Origin: Macrostomum hystrix
Lineage: Eukaryota; Animalia; Platyhelminthes
NCBI GenBank assembly: GCA_950097015.1
Contig: CATNEN010000030.1
Location: forward strand, 1,674,001-1,738,000
DNA length: 64,000 nucleotides
Direction of reading: 5' to 3'
Part shown: one piece after another, positions 1-11,313 of the stretch
How the letters are laid out: every line of letters starts with the position of its first letter
Position numbering within the stretch: position 1 is the stretch's first letter
Translations under genes and position numbers: made by a program
The notes under the pieces: generated by a model
Told to the model about the DNA's origin: nothing
The model's input: only the letters and a program-made list of their open reading frames with translations
Databases searched by the model: none

Positions 1-208
1 GCTTCACTACATTCATGCACGGTTGACTCAGCCGTAGAATTCTGTAGCTCAGCCGCAGACTATATGCCTGTATTGGCTTCACTACATTCATGCACGGTTG
101 ACTCAGCCGTAGAATTCTGTAGCTCAGCCGCAGACTATATGCCTGTATTGGCTTCACTACATTCATGCACGGTTGACTCAGCCGTAGAATTCTGTAGCTC
201 AGCCGCAG
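1..208. repeat. 75-bp tandem repeat, ~2.8 copies, truncated by window start
   Basis: Unit gcttcactacattc...gcctgtattg restarts at 1, 76 and 151. Confidence 0.95.
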
Positions 209-686
209 CAGAGTAGCTTGACTCTCAACCTGTTGTCCCTGTTCAATAGAAACTTCATAGCTTATAGACTTAGTCATCGCTTGTAGACAAAAGAATATTC
301 TCTACTTCCACTGGGGAAAGCTATAGACCTTTTCTGTGGCCCTTGTGAATGCCTTGAGTATGGTATTCAGCGTGAGTCAAGTGAGGCATGACGCGTAAGG
401 CAGCCTCTTGTCATGGCCGTGTTTTCCCCTCCAAGCAACTGCACAGAGTAACTCATAATTCAGCGACGAAGCATGTTTAAGAGGCTGATCTGAAGTTTCC
501 TCCAGCAGGGTTGGTCTTCGCATAAAAGTACGGCCGGAGGAAAACACGACTGCAAGACCTGCTAAAAGAATTGTCGCTCGTTGCCAAGTCAATTACCGAG
601 TCAATACGCTCGTATAACCAGTATCGCACGACGTTGCATCAGAGCAGCAGTGCTTGATTCATCTGATAGCCCCATTAAAGCAACAG

Positions 687-2852
687 ATGATGCGACTGCT
701 GTGTACTGCGTGTCCGTGCCTTGTCGGCACTCTGACACTGTTAGCAAGGCTGACAGCAGCCCAGGTCATCAACTCGATGCTGCTGTGCAAAGCGCAGCAG
801 TGCTACAACATCAGCGTACTCGGCAGAGCGTCCTACTCGGCTGACTATTGTGCGAACGCGGGGATGCAGTGGTTTGATCAGACCTCATTCGAACTGTTCG
901 CTGCTAACCTAGCAACACTGACCAGGTGAGGTTAGCTAATACATTGGGGAACAGGTGAGGTTAACTATTACATCGGAGAACAGGTGAGGTGAACTAATAC
1001 ATTGGGGAACAGGTGAGGTTAACTAATACATTGGGGAACAGGTGAGGTTATCTAATACATTGGGGAACAGGTGAGGTTAACTAATACATTGGGGAACAGG
1101 TGAGGTGAACTAATACATTGGGGAACAGGTGAGGTTAACTAATACATTGGGGAACAGGTGAGGTTAACTAATGCATTGGGGAACAGGTGAGGTTAACTAA
1201 TACATTGGGGAACAGGTGAGGTTATCTAATACATTGGGGAACAGGTGAGGTTAACTAATACATTGGGGAACAGGTGAGGTGAACTAATACATTGGGGAAC
1301 AGGTGAGGTGAACTAATACATTGGGGAACAGGTGAGGTTAACTAATACATTGGGGAACAGGTGAGGTTAACTATTACATCGGAGAACAGGTGAGGTTATC
1401 TAATACATTGGGGAACAGGTGAGGTTATCTAATACATTGGGGAACAGGTGAGGTTAACTAATACATTGGGGAACAGGTGAGGTGAACTAATACATTGGGG
1501 AACAGGTGAGGTTATCTAATACATTGGGGAACAGGTGAGGTTAACTAATACATTGGGGAACAGGTGAGGTGAACTAATACATTGGGGAACAGGTGAGGTT
1601 AACTAAAACTAAGCAAGAGTTGAGTCGGCACATTGGGGGTGAAATTGGAATAAAAGTATATAAAAACTCTGGTATTTAACCATTCTTGAGACGCAATGAG
1701 CTCGTATTGATTAGGATTCTCGTCCTCAACAACCGCCGCGTTCCGTTGGCAGTGGAATCGGCGAGAACACGTACTGGACTGGCGTCCGTATGGCCGCTAG
1801 GACCAGTCCGGCCGAGCGAGTGTTCGCTTGGCGCAACCAGAGCAGCCAGCTGTACGTGACAAGCGTCGCTGTGCGCCAATCTAGCCAGGTATTTACCAGC
1901 ACGGAGTCCAATCCAACTGTCGGCGTCATCTCGGATACAAGTGACAACGAGACCAACTGGCTGGAGAAGAAAGTGACAGACGGAGGGCGCGCCATCTGCA
2001 TGTGCGCTTGTCCCAACAACCTGACCTGCTGCACTTCGGTAGTCAGTAGCAGCTGCGCGAACTCTAATGACGGTCGCTTGTTCTGCTTCAGGATAGCTGG
2101 CTCCAAGCGGGCATTTCGCGATGCGGACCTGAGCTGCACGGTCGAGGGCGAGACTCTGATTGATCTGAGCGCAGGTGCGGCGCAATTGGCTTTCAACAGG
2201 TGGGCGTTGAACTGTCTGACTCACTGGTGACAGGGACTGTTAAATTTCTAATGCCTTCTCGTTTTATAGTGTGTTCAACGGGCTAAAAGTTGGATGTCAC
2301 GACACCTGCCTGATGGCATTCGAGGAACCTCCCTACCGCTTCAATGACAGCAAAGGCGCGAAGCTGCATGTTGAAGGATTCACCCTGTTGGATGGCTACC
2401 TGAAGCAGAAGACAGACGAGTCCAAATGGGGGATAATCATCGAGAGGGACTCTGGCAGCGGTGGAACCAAAGGCATCAAAGAGCAGGACGGAGGCTCGGC
2501 CCAGTTCGCGTGCATGATTCCAAAGAGCTTTTCAACAACGGCCGCCACGACTGTTGCGCCGACAACTTCAAGCAGCAGCAGCATTGCCACTACTCAAGCT
2601 GCTAGCACAGCTGCTTCAGCACCAACTACCCCAGTCACTACTACTCAACCAACTTCCATGTCGCCGGCAAAGCCAGCCGCGACTGCGGCTGCTACACCGC
2701 GATCCGAAGAGGAAATCATCGCCATCAATATTCTTAACTATGAGACTTCCAAGCAGAAGGCAATTTTTTATTTGGTTCCAATTTTATTTGTGATTGTAGC
2801 CCTACTCGTTACTTACTACTTTGGTAGGTTGGCATTCCGTTTGGGAATGTGA
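687..2852 (+). CDS. Type I membrane protein: signal peptide, two divergent C-type-lectin-like domains, Ser/Thr/Pro stalk, TM, short tail (422 aa, paralog A1)
   Basis: Exons 687-925, 1753-2199, 2270-2852 with GT-AG phase-2 introns; total 1269 nt, in frame. CTLD-like motifs CYNIS..ADYC, YWTGVR..FAW..AICMC and CFRI..ADLSC..LIDL..KWG..FACM. TM AIFYLVPILFVIVALLVTYYF. Domain call is by pattern recognition only. Confidence 0.85.
923..1606 (+). repeat. 29-bp intronic minisatellite whose unit contains the splice donor CAG|GTGAG (24 donor copies)
   Basis: Unit caggtgaggttaactaatacattggggaa; first copy at 923 overlaps the exon 1 end, last copy at 1590. Confidence 0.95.
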
Positions 2853-2980
2853 AACAGGATTCATAAATGAGTAAATTAAAGAACAACTTGACCTAGAAGT
2901 GTTCGGCGTTTGGTTAGTGAGTTTTGCCGACTCTCTGCTGAAAAGTCAATTGATGCTCATATTGTTTTAAAAGTATCGCT

Positions 2981-5900
2981 TTGTTTTCATGAGAAACTTG
3001 GAGGCTATGAGTTGGTCATTGACAAGCTCATTTCTTCTAATCTGAGATTTGTTTTCATGAGAAACTTGGAGGCTATGAGTTGGTCATTGACAAGCTCATT
3101 TCTTCTAATCTGAGATTTGTTTTCATGAGAAACTTGGAGGCTATGAGTTGGTCATTGACAAGCTCATTTCTTCTAATCTGAGATTTGTTTTCATGAGAAA
3201 CTTGGAGGCTATGAGTTGGTCATTGACAAGCTCATTTCTTCTAATCTGAGATTTGTTTTCATGAGAAACTAGGAGGCTATGAGTTGGTCATTGACAAGCT
3301 CATTTCTTCTAATCTGAGATTTGTTTTCATGAGAAACTAGGAGGCTATGAGTTGGTCATTGACAAGCTCATTTCTTCTAATCTGAGATTTGTTTTCATGA
3401 GAAACTAGGAGGCTATGAGTTGGTCATTGACAAGCTCATTTCTTCTAATCTGAGATTTGTTTTCATGAGAAACTTGGAGGCTATGAGTTGGTCATTGACA
3501 AGCTCATTTCTTCTAATCTGAAATTTGTTTTCATGAGAAACTAGGAGGCTATGAGTTGGTCATTGACAAGCTCATTTATTCTAATCTGAGATTTGTTTTC
3601 ATGAGAAACTAGGAGGCTATGAGTTGGTCATTGACAAGCTCATTTCTTCTAATCTGAGATTTGTTTTCATGAGAAACTAGGAGGCTATGAGTTGGTCATT
3701 GACAAGCTCATTTCTTCTAATCTGAGATTTGTTTTCATGAGAAACTTGGAGGCTATGAGTTGGTCATTGACAAGCTCATTTCTTCTAATCTGAGATTTGT
3801 TTTCATGAGAAACTAGGAGGCTATGAGTTGGTCATTGACAAGCTCATTTCTTCTAATCTGAGATTTGTTTTCATGAGAAACTAGGAGGCTATGAGTTGGT
3901 CATTGACAAGCTCATTTCTTCTAATCTGAGATTTGTTTTCATGAGAAACTTGGAGGCTATGAGTTGGTCATTGACAAGCTCATTTCTTCTAATCTGAGAT
4001 TTGTTTTCATGAGAAACTAGGAGGCTATGAGTTGGTCATTGACAAGCTCATTTCTTCTAATCTGAGATTTGTTTTCATGAGAAACTAGGAGGCTATGAGT
4101 TGGTCATTGACAAGCTCATTTCTTCTAATCTGAGATTTGTTTTCATGAGAAACTAGGAGGCTATGAGTTGGTCATTGACAAGCTCATTTCTTCTAATCTG
4201 AGATTTGTTTTCATGAGAAACTAGGAGGCTATGAGTTGGTCATTGACAAGCTCATTTCTTCTAATCTGAGATTTGTTTTCATGAGAAACTAGGAGGCTAT
4301 GAGTTGGTCATTGACAAGCTCATTTCTTCTAATCTGAGATTTGTTTTCATGAGAAACTTGGAGGCTATGAGTTGGTCATTGACAAGCTCATTTCTTCTAA
4401 TCTGAGATTTGTTTTCATGAGAAACTTGGAGGCTATGAGTTGGTCATTGACAAGCTCATTTCTTCTAATCTGAGATTTGTTTTCATGAGAAACTAGGAGG
4501 CTATGAGTTGGTCATTGACAAGCTCATTTCTTCTAATCTGAGATTTGTTTTCATGAGAAACTTGGAGGCTATGAGTTGGTCATTGACAAGCTCATTTCTT
4601 CTAATCTGAGATTTGTTTTCATGAGAAACTAGGAGGCTATGAGTTGGTCATTGACAAGCTCATTTCTTCTAATCTGAGATTTGTTTTCATGAGAAACTAG
4701 GAGGCTATGAGTTGGTCATTGACAAGCTCATTTCTTCTAATCTGAAATTTGTTTTCATGAGAAACTAGGAGGCTATGAGTTGGTCATTGACAAGCTCATT
4801 TCTTCTAATGTGAGATTTGTTTTCATGAGAAACTAGGAGGCTATGAGTTGGTCATTGACAAGCTCATTTCTTCTAATCTGAGATTTGTTTTCATGAGAAA
4901 CTAGGAGGCTATGAGTTGGTCATTGACAAGCTCATTTCTTCTAATCTGAGATTTGTTTTCATGAGAAACTAGGAGGCTATGAGTTGGTCATTGACAAGCT
5001 CATTTCTTCTAACCTGAGATTTGTTTTCATGAGAAACTAGGAGGCTATGAGTTGGTCATTGACAAGCTCATTTCTTCTAATCTGAAATTTGTTTTCATGA
5101 GAAACTAGGAGGCTATGAGTTGGTCATTGACAAGCTCATTTCTTCTAATGTGAGATTTGTTTTCATGAGAAACTAGGAGGCTATGAGTTGGTCATTGACA
5201 AGCTCATTTCTTCTAATCTGAGATTTGTTTTCATGAGAAACTTGGAGGCTATGAGTTGGTCATTGACAAGCTCATTTCTTCTAATCTGAGATTTGTTTTC
5301 ATGAGAAACTAGGAGGCTATGAGTTGGTCATTGACAAGCTCATTTCTTCTAATCTGAGATTTGTTTTCATGAGAAACTAGGAGGCTATGAGTTGGTCATT
5401 GACAAGCTCATTTCTTCTAATCTGAAATTTGTTTTCATGAGAAACTAGGAGGCTATGAGTTGGTCATTGACAAGCTCATTTCTTCTAATCTGAGATTTGT
5501 TTTCATGAGAAACTAGGAGGCTATGAGTTGGTCATTGACAAGCTCATTTCTTCTAATCTGAGATTTGTTTTCATGAGAAACTAGGAGGCTATGAGTTGGT
5601 CATTGACAAGCTCATTTCTTCTAATCTGAGATTTGTTTTCATGAGAAACTAGGAGGCTATGAGTTGGTCATTGACAAGCTCATTTCTTCTAATCTGAGAT
5701 TTGTTTTCATGAGAAACTTGGAGGCTATGAGTTGGTCATTGACAAGCTCATTTCTTCTAATCTGAAATTTGTTTTCATGAGAAACTAGGAGGCTATGAGT
5801 TGGTCATTGACAAGCTCATTTCTTCTAATCTGAGATTTGTTTTCATGAGAAACTAGGAGGCTATGAGTTGGTCATTGACAAGCTCATTTCTTCTAATCTG

Positions 5901-8690
5901 AGATTTGTTTTCATGAGAAACTAGGAGGCTATGAGTTGGTCATTGACAAGCTCATTTCTTCTAATCGTGAGATTTGTTTTCATGAGAAACTAGGAGGCTA
6001 TGAGTTGGTCATTGACAAGCTCATTTCTTCTAATCTGAGATTTGTTTTCATGAGAAACTAGGAGGCTATGAGTTGGTCATTGACAAGCTCATTTCTTCTA
6101 ATCTGAGATTTGTTTTCATGAGAAACTTGGAGGCTATGAGTTGGTCATTGACAAGCTCATTTCTTCTAATCTGAGATTTGTTTTCATGAGAAACTAGGAG
6201 GCTATGAGTTGGTCATTGACAAGCTCATTTCTTCTAATCTGAGATTTGTTTTCATGAGAAACTAGGAGGCTATGAGTTGGTCATTGACAAGCTCATTTCT
6301 TCTAATCTGAGATTTGTTTTCATGAGAAACTAGGAGGCTATGAGTTGGTCATTGACAAGCTCATTTCTTCTAATCTGAGATTTGTTTTCATGAGAAACTA
6401 GGAGGCTATGAGTTGGTCATTGACAAGCTCATTTCTTCTAATCTGAAATTTGTTTTCATGAGAAACTAGGAGGCTATGAGTTGGTCATTGACAAGCTCAT
6501 TTCTTCTAATCTGAGATTTGTTTTCATGAGAAACTAGGAGGCTATGAGTTGGTCATTGACAAGCTCATTTCTTCTAATCTGAGATTTGTTTTCATGAGAA
6601 ACTAGGAGGCTATGAGTTGGTCATTGACAAGCTCATTTCTTCTAATCTGAGATTTGTTTTCATGAGAAACTAGGAGGCTATGAGTTGGTCATTGACAAGC
6701 TCATTTCTTCTAATCTGAGATTGTTTTCATGAGAAACTAGGAGGCTATGAGTTGGTCATTGACAAGCTCATTTCTTCTAATCTGAGATTTGTTTTCATGA
6801 GAAACTAGGAGGCTATGAGTTGGTCATTGACAAGCTCATTTCTTCTAATCTGAGATTTGTTTTCATGAGAAACTAGGAGGCTATGAGTTGGTCATTGACA
6901 AGCTCATTTCTTCTAATCTGAGATTTGTTTTCATGAGAAACTAGGAGGCTATGAGTTGGTCATTGACAAGCTCATTTCTTCTAATCTGAGATTTGTTTTC
7001 ATGAGAAACTAGGAGGCTATGAGTTGGTCATTGACAAGCTCATTTCTTCTAATCTGAAATTTGTTTTCATGAGAAACTAGGAGGCTATGAGTTGGTCATT
7101 GACAAGCTCATTTCTTCTAATCTGAGATTTGTTTTCATGAGAAACTAGGAGGCTATGAGTTGGTCATTGACAAGCTCATTTCTTCTAATCTGAGATTTGT
7201 TTTCATGAGAAACTAGGAGGCTATGAGTTGGTCATTGACAAGCTCATTTCTTCTAATCTGAAATTTGTTTTCATGAGAAACTAGGAGGCTATGAGTTGGT
7301 CATTGACAAGCTCATTTCTTCTAATCTGAGATTTGTTTTCATGAGAAACTTGGAGGCTATGAGTTGGTCATTGACAAGCTCATTTCTTCTAATCTGAAAT
7401 TTGTTTCATGAGAAACTAGGAGGCTATGAGTTGGTCATTGACAAGCCTCATTTCTTCTAATGTGAGATTTGTTTTCATGAGAAACTAGGAGGCTATGAGT
7501 TGGTCATTGACAAGCTCATTTCTTCTAATCTGAGATTTGTTTTCATGAGAAACTAGGAGGCTATGAGTTGGTCATTGACAAGCTCATTTCTTCTAATCTG
7601 AGATTTGTTTTCATGAGAAACTAGGAGGCTATGAGTTGGTCATTGACAAGCTCATTTCTTCTAATCTGAGATTTGTTTTCATGAGAAACTAGGAGGCTAT
7701 GAGTTGGTCATTGACAAGCTCATTTCTTCTAATCTGAGATTTGTTTTCATGAGAAACTAGGAGGCTATGAGTTGGTCATTGACAAGCTCATTTCTTCTAA
7801 TCTGAAATTTGTTTTCATGAGAAACTAGGAGGCTATGAGTTGGTCATTGACAAGCTCATTTCTTCTAATCTGAGATTTGTTTTCATGAGAAACTAGGAGG
7901 CTATGAGTTGGTCATTGACAAGCTCATTTCTTCTAATCTGAGATTTGTTTTCATGAGAAACTAGGAGGCTATGAGTTGGTCATTGACAAGCTCATTTCTT
8001 CTAATCTGAGATTTGTTTTCATGAGAAACTAGGAGGCTATGAGTTGGTCATTGACAAGCTCATTTCTTCTAATCTGAGATTTGTTTTCATGAGAAACTTG
8101 GAGGCTATGAGTTGGTCATTGACAAGCTCATTTCTTCTAATCTGAGATTTGTTTTCATGAGAAACTAGGAGGCTATGAGTTGGTCATTGACAAGCTCATT
8201 TCTTCTAATCTGAGATTTGTTTTCATGAGAAACTTGGAGGCTATGAGTTGGTCATTGACAAGCTCATTTCTTCTAATCTGAGATTTGTTTTCATGAGAAA
8301 CTAGGAGGCTATGAGTTGGTCATTGACAAGCTCATTTCTTCTAATCTGAGATTTGTTTTCATGAGAAACTTGGAGGCTATGAGTTGGTCATTGACAAGCT
8401 CATTTCTTCTAATCTGAGATTTGTTTTCATGAGAAACTTGGAGGCTATGAGTTGGTCATTGACAAGCTCATTTCTTCTAATCTGAGATTTGTTTCATGAG
8501 AAACTAGGAGGCTATGAGTTGGTCATTGACAAGCTCATTTCTTCTAATCTGAGATTTGTTTTCATGAGAAACTTGGAGGCTATGAGTTGGTCATTGACAA
8601 GCTCATTTCTTCTAATCTGAGATTTGTTTTCATGAGAAACTTGGAGGCTATGAGTTGGTCATTGACAAGCTCATTTCTTCTAATCTGAGA
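2981..8690. repeat. 68-bp satellite, ~84 near-identical copies
   Basis: Unit gagaaactaggaggctatgagttggtcattgacaagctcatttcttctaatctgagatttgttttcat, period 68 (3001 to 3069). Confidence 0.97.
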
Positions 8691-9152
8691 GGCCACACAG
8701 ACTTTGTCAAAAAGTACTCATATTCTAATGATTCTAATGGCCTAAAGATTGGTCATAGCAATTGTTGTGTAGTGACGCTTGCTAAAACGGCCCTTCTTAG
8801 GTACACCGTTTAGAATGCCGTTAGTCTCAATGTAATGTATTTTCTATGCTGGCTACTGATAGTAGACGGGTTCGATTGTGTTGTTAGTACTTATTTTTCG
8901 TTGTTTGCAATTTTTTAGGAAATAACAAATATATTAGCACATGCTGCTGAGGCAGCAAAATAACTTTCTTACATAGTTCTACAAGGAAATAAACCGCCTT
9001 AACGTTGTACGTGGTCTTAACGTACAACAGCAATTTCATTTCTTGAACATCTGAGGTGCCACATAGACTTTTGCAACAAGTGATTGAATGTTACAGAGTT
9101 AGTCGCAAAATTCCTAATTCTTTGAGCAGAGTAAATGCTTCCCTTCCTGGAT
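8650..9152 (+). repeat. ~500-bp non-coding segment X, copy 1 (copy 2 at 22776-23252)
   Basis: Near-identical, colinear direct repeat from atgagttggtcattgacaagctca to gcttcccttcctggat. Confidence 0.9.
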
Positions 9153-9159
9153 CAATTTC

Positions 9160-10215
9160 TATGATCAACCCGACGATCAATCCTGATGATCAATCCCTAT
9201 GATCAACCCGACGATCAATCCTGATGATCAATCCCTATGATCAACCCGACGGTCAATCCTGATGATCAATCTCAATGATCAACGCGACGATCAATCCTGA
9301 TGATCAATCTCAATGATCAACCTGATGATCAATCTCAATGATCAACCTGATGATCAATCTCAATGATCAACCTGATGATCAATCTCAATGATCAACCTGA
9401 TGATCAATCTCAATGATCAACCTGATGATCAATCTCAATGATCAACCTGATGATCAATCTCAATGATCAACCTGATGATCAATCTCAATGATCAACCTGA
9501 TGATCAATCTCAATGATCAACCTGATGATCAATCTCAATGATCAACCTGATGATCAATCTCAATGATCAACCTGATGATCAATCTCAATGATCAACCTGA
9601 TTGTAAGCGATTGAAAAGCGCTTACATCGGTTCTCCTTTCAATCAGCGACCTTCATCTGCATTTCGACCCACCCAGCGCTCAAAATAGACCTGAGCGGGC
9701 CAGACCGGCTGACCTGACGGCCTGGAAAGCAATGACGCAGAGACCGAGAACCTAGGCACCCTATCAGCCTGCGAACTCGTGCCTAGAATGCTCGCGGCTG
9801 GTGTGTTGGGTTGGGGACCATGGCAACGCGGGGCAGAGAGATAACTGCTTGTGTGTTATCTGTTATATCTCTCTCTCTGACCCCCCCCCCTACTGCTAAA
9901 CACTGTGCCTTATCGCTTGAATATAAAATACACTGCTTCGTAGATATGCTCCTGCACTGAAGCTTTGAGATGTGAGTCTCACACTCATAATTGTTGGCCT
10001 CTGTGGTCAGTACGAGTTCAAGTCTTTCGGTTAGTGTCGGCAGAAGGTAGCAGGCAGCAAGAAAACCTGCTATACTGATGATCAATCTCAATGATCAACC
10101 CGACGATCAATCCTGATGATCAATCTCAATGATCAACCTGATGATCAATCTCAATGATCAACCTGATGATCAATCTCAATGATCAACCTGATGATCAATC
10201 TCAATGACCAACCTC
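9160..10215. repeat. 25-bp tandem repeat interrupted by an insertion
   Basis: Unit atcaacctgatgatcaatctcaatg at 9160-9601 and 10075-10215. Confidence 0.92.
9602..10074. mobile_element. Solo-LTR-like insertion (473 bp) with 5-bp target-site duplication CTGAT
   Basis: CTGAT at 9597-9601 and 10075-10079; removing the insert restores an exact repeat unit. Ends TGTAAGC...GCTATA (TG..TA, one base from TG..CA). No coding signature. Confidence 0.7.
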
Positions 10216-10440
10216 TCGACAATCATTTCGATGGTTAATCTTGACGATCGATGCGAGATTAATCCCGATGATCAATTCGGAATATTTGCATCCTGATTCC
10301 CAATCAGTGCCGGAGACTCTTTTAAGATGTTTGTTAAACTAGCGCAGCGAAAATTCTCCCGACCTGAATGCGCCGAGCCCGTAGTCTATTAAAATCTACC
10401 GGAAACTCTCTAACCAGCGAGACCCCCCACTAAAATCGCA

Positions 10441-10630
10441 GTGCCGTCCTGTCCGGAACTTCGGTGCGAGCAGCGGAACTGCTCAACTGGGACCATGACC
10501 GACATTCGCCTGACAGCCTCCTTCGCTGATCCCGAACAGGCCCTCTTAGCCAGGATGTGCAAGTGGAAAATCCCTGCTGACGCTGCGATGCGCCTGTCCT
10601 TGGCCAGTCAAGTCCTCCGAAGCCTGGGTA
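10441..10630 (+). pseudogene. Orphan exon fragment paralogous to exon 10 of the CUB gene
   Basis: Acceptor atcgcag at 10440, then (V)PSCPELRC..NC..LTA..CKWKIP..MR..A.Q versus VPSCPELRC..NC..LTA..CKWNIP..MR..A.Q at 20714. No continuation downstream. Confidence 0.65.
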
Positions 10631-10645
10631 GTCAGCTTGCAAGTG

Positions 10646-10750
10646 TCCGCACCTGTTGAGCCAGTGTACTAGTTTCACCTGTTCGCAGAATCCGCACCTG
10701 TTGAGCCAGTGTACTAGTTTCACCTGTTCGCAGTGTCCGCACCTGTTGAG
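10646..10750. repeat. 45-bp tandem repeat, ~2.3 copies
   Basis: acctgttgag at 10651, 10696 and 10741. Confidence 0.85.
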
Positions 10751-11313
10751 GATATTATTGACACTTTTGTTGTGATTATACTTTAAATTAGTATATTTTA
10801 TTTTATTTTATTTAAGTGTGTTGATCCTTCATTAATGTACTCGGCGCAATTCAAGAAAGTTTAGTCAGCATGACCAATGTTTAAAGTGAAGGTAAATTTC
10901 AAACCAGATAACCATTGAGTGTCCAATGCTGCTTAGACAATGGTTATTAACTTTATTAACTTTATTAACTTACGATTTTCTTGTGCCAGAGCGATGGAAC
11001 CTCCGGCCATTTGAAATCTCATATCGGATTCTGGCATCTGTTCAACGTAAGCCAACTCCGCAGAAACCGTGGCCGCACCGCAGCAGCAGCAGTGTTTGGT
11101 TAGATCACCTGATACAGTACGTGACTAGGCAGAGTTTTAGACGCACGCACACACTCCATCTATCTTCAAATTTACGCAATTCGAGATTGTTTATATAAAT
11201 GGAGCAACATAAAAGACACCTGCTAGGTGAGCGCGATGAATGTCAACCATTAACATTCGCAGTTGCTTGGCAAAAACGCTCAGCCAAGTTTGACCAACAG
11301 TCACCGCAGCACA

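Noticed and set aside
2981-8690. CRISPR-like array
   Set aside because: Units are contiguous and identical with no unique spacers, there are no cas genes, and the context is eukaryotic.
9160-10215. CTGATGA in each 25-bp unit as a hammerhead core or C/D box
   Set aside because: No GAAA counterpart or flanking stems; most simply a chance motif in the repeat.
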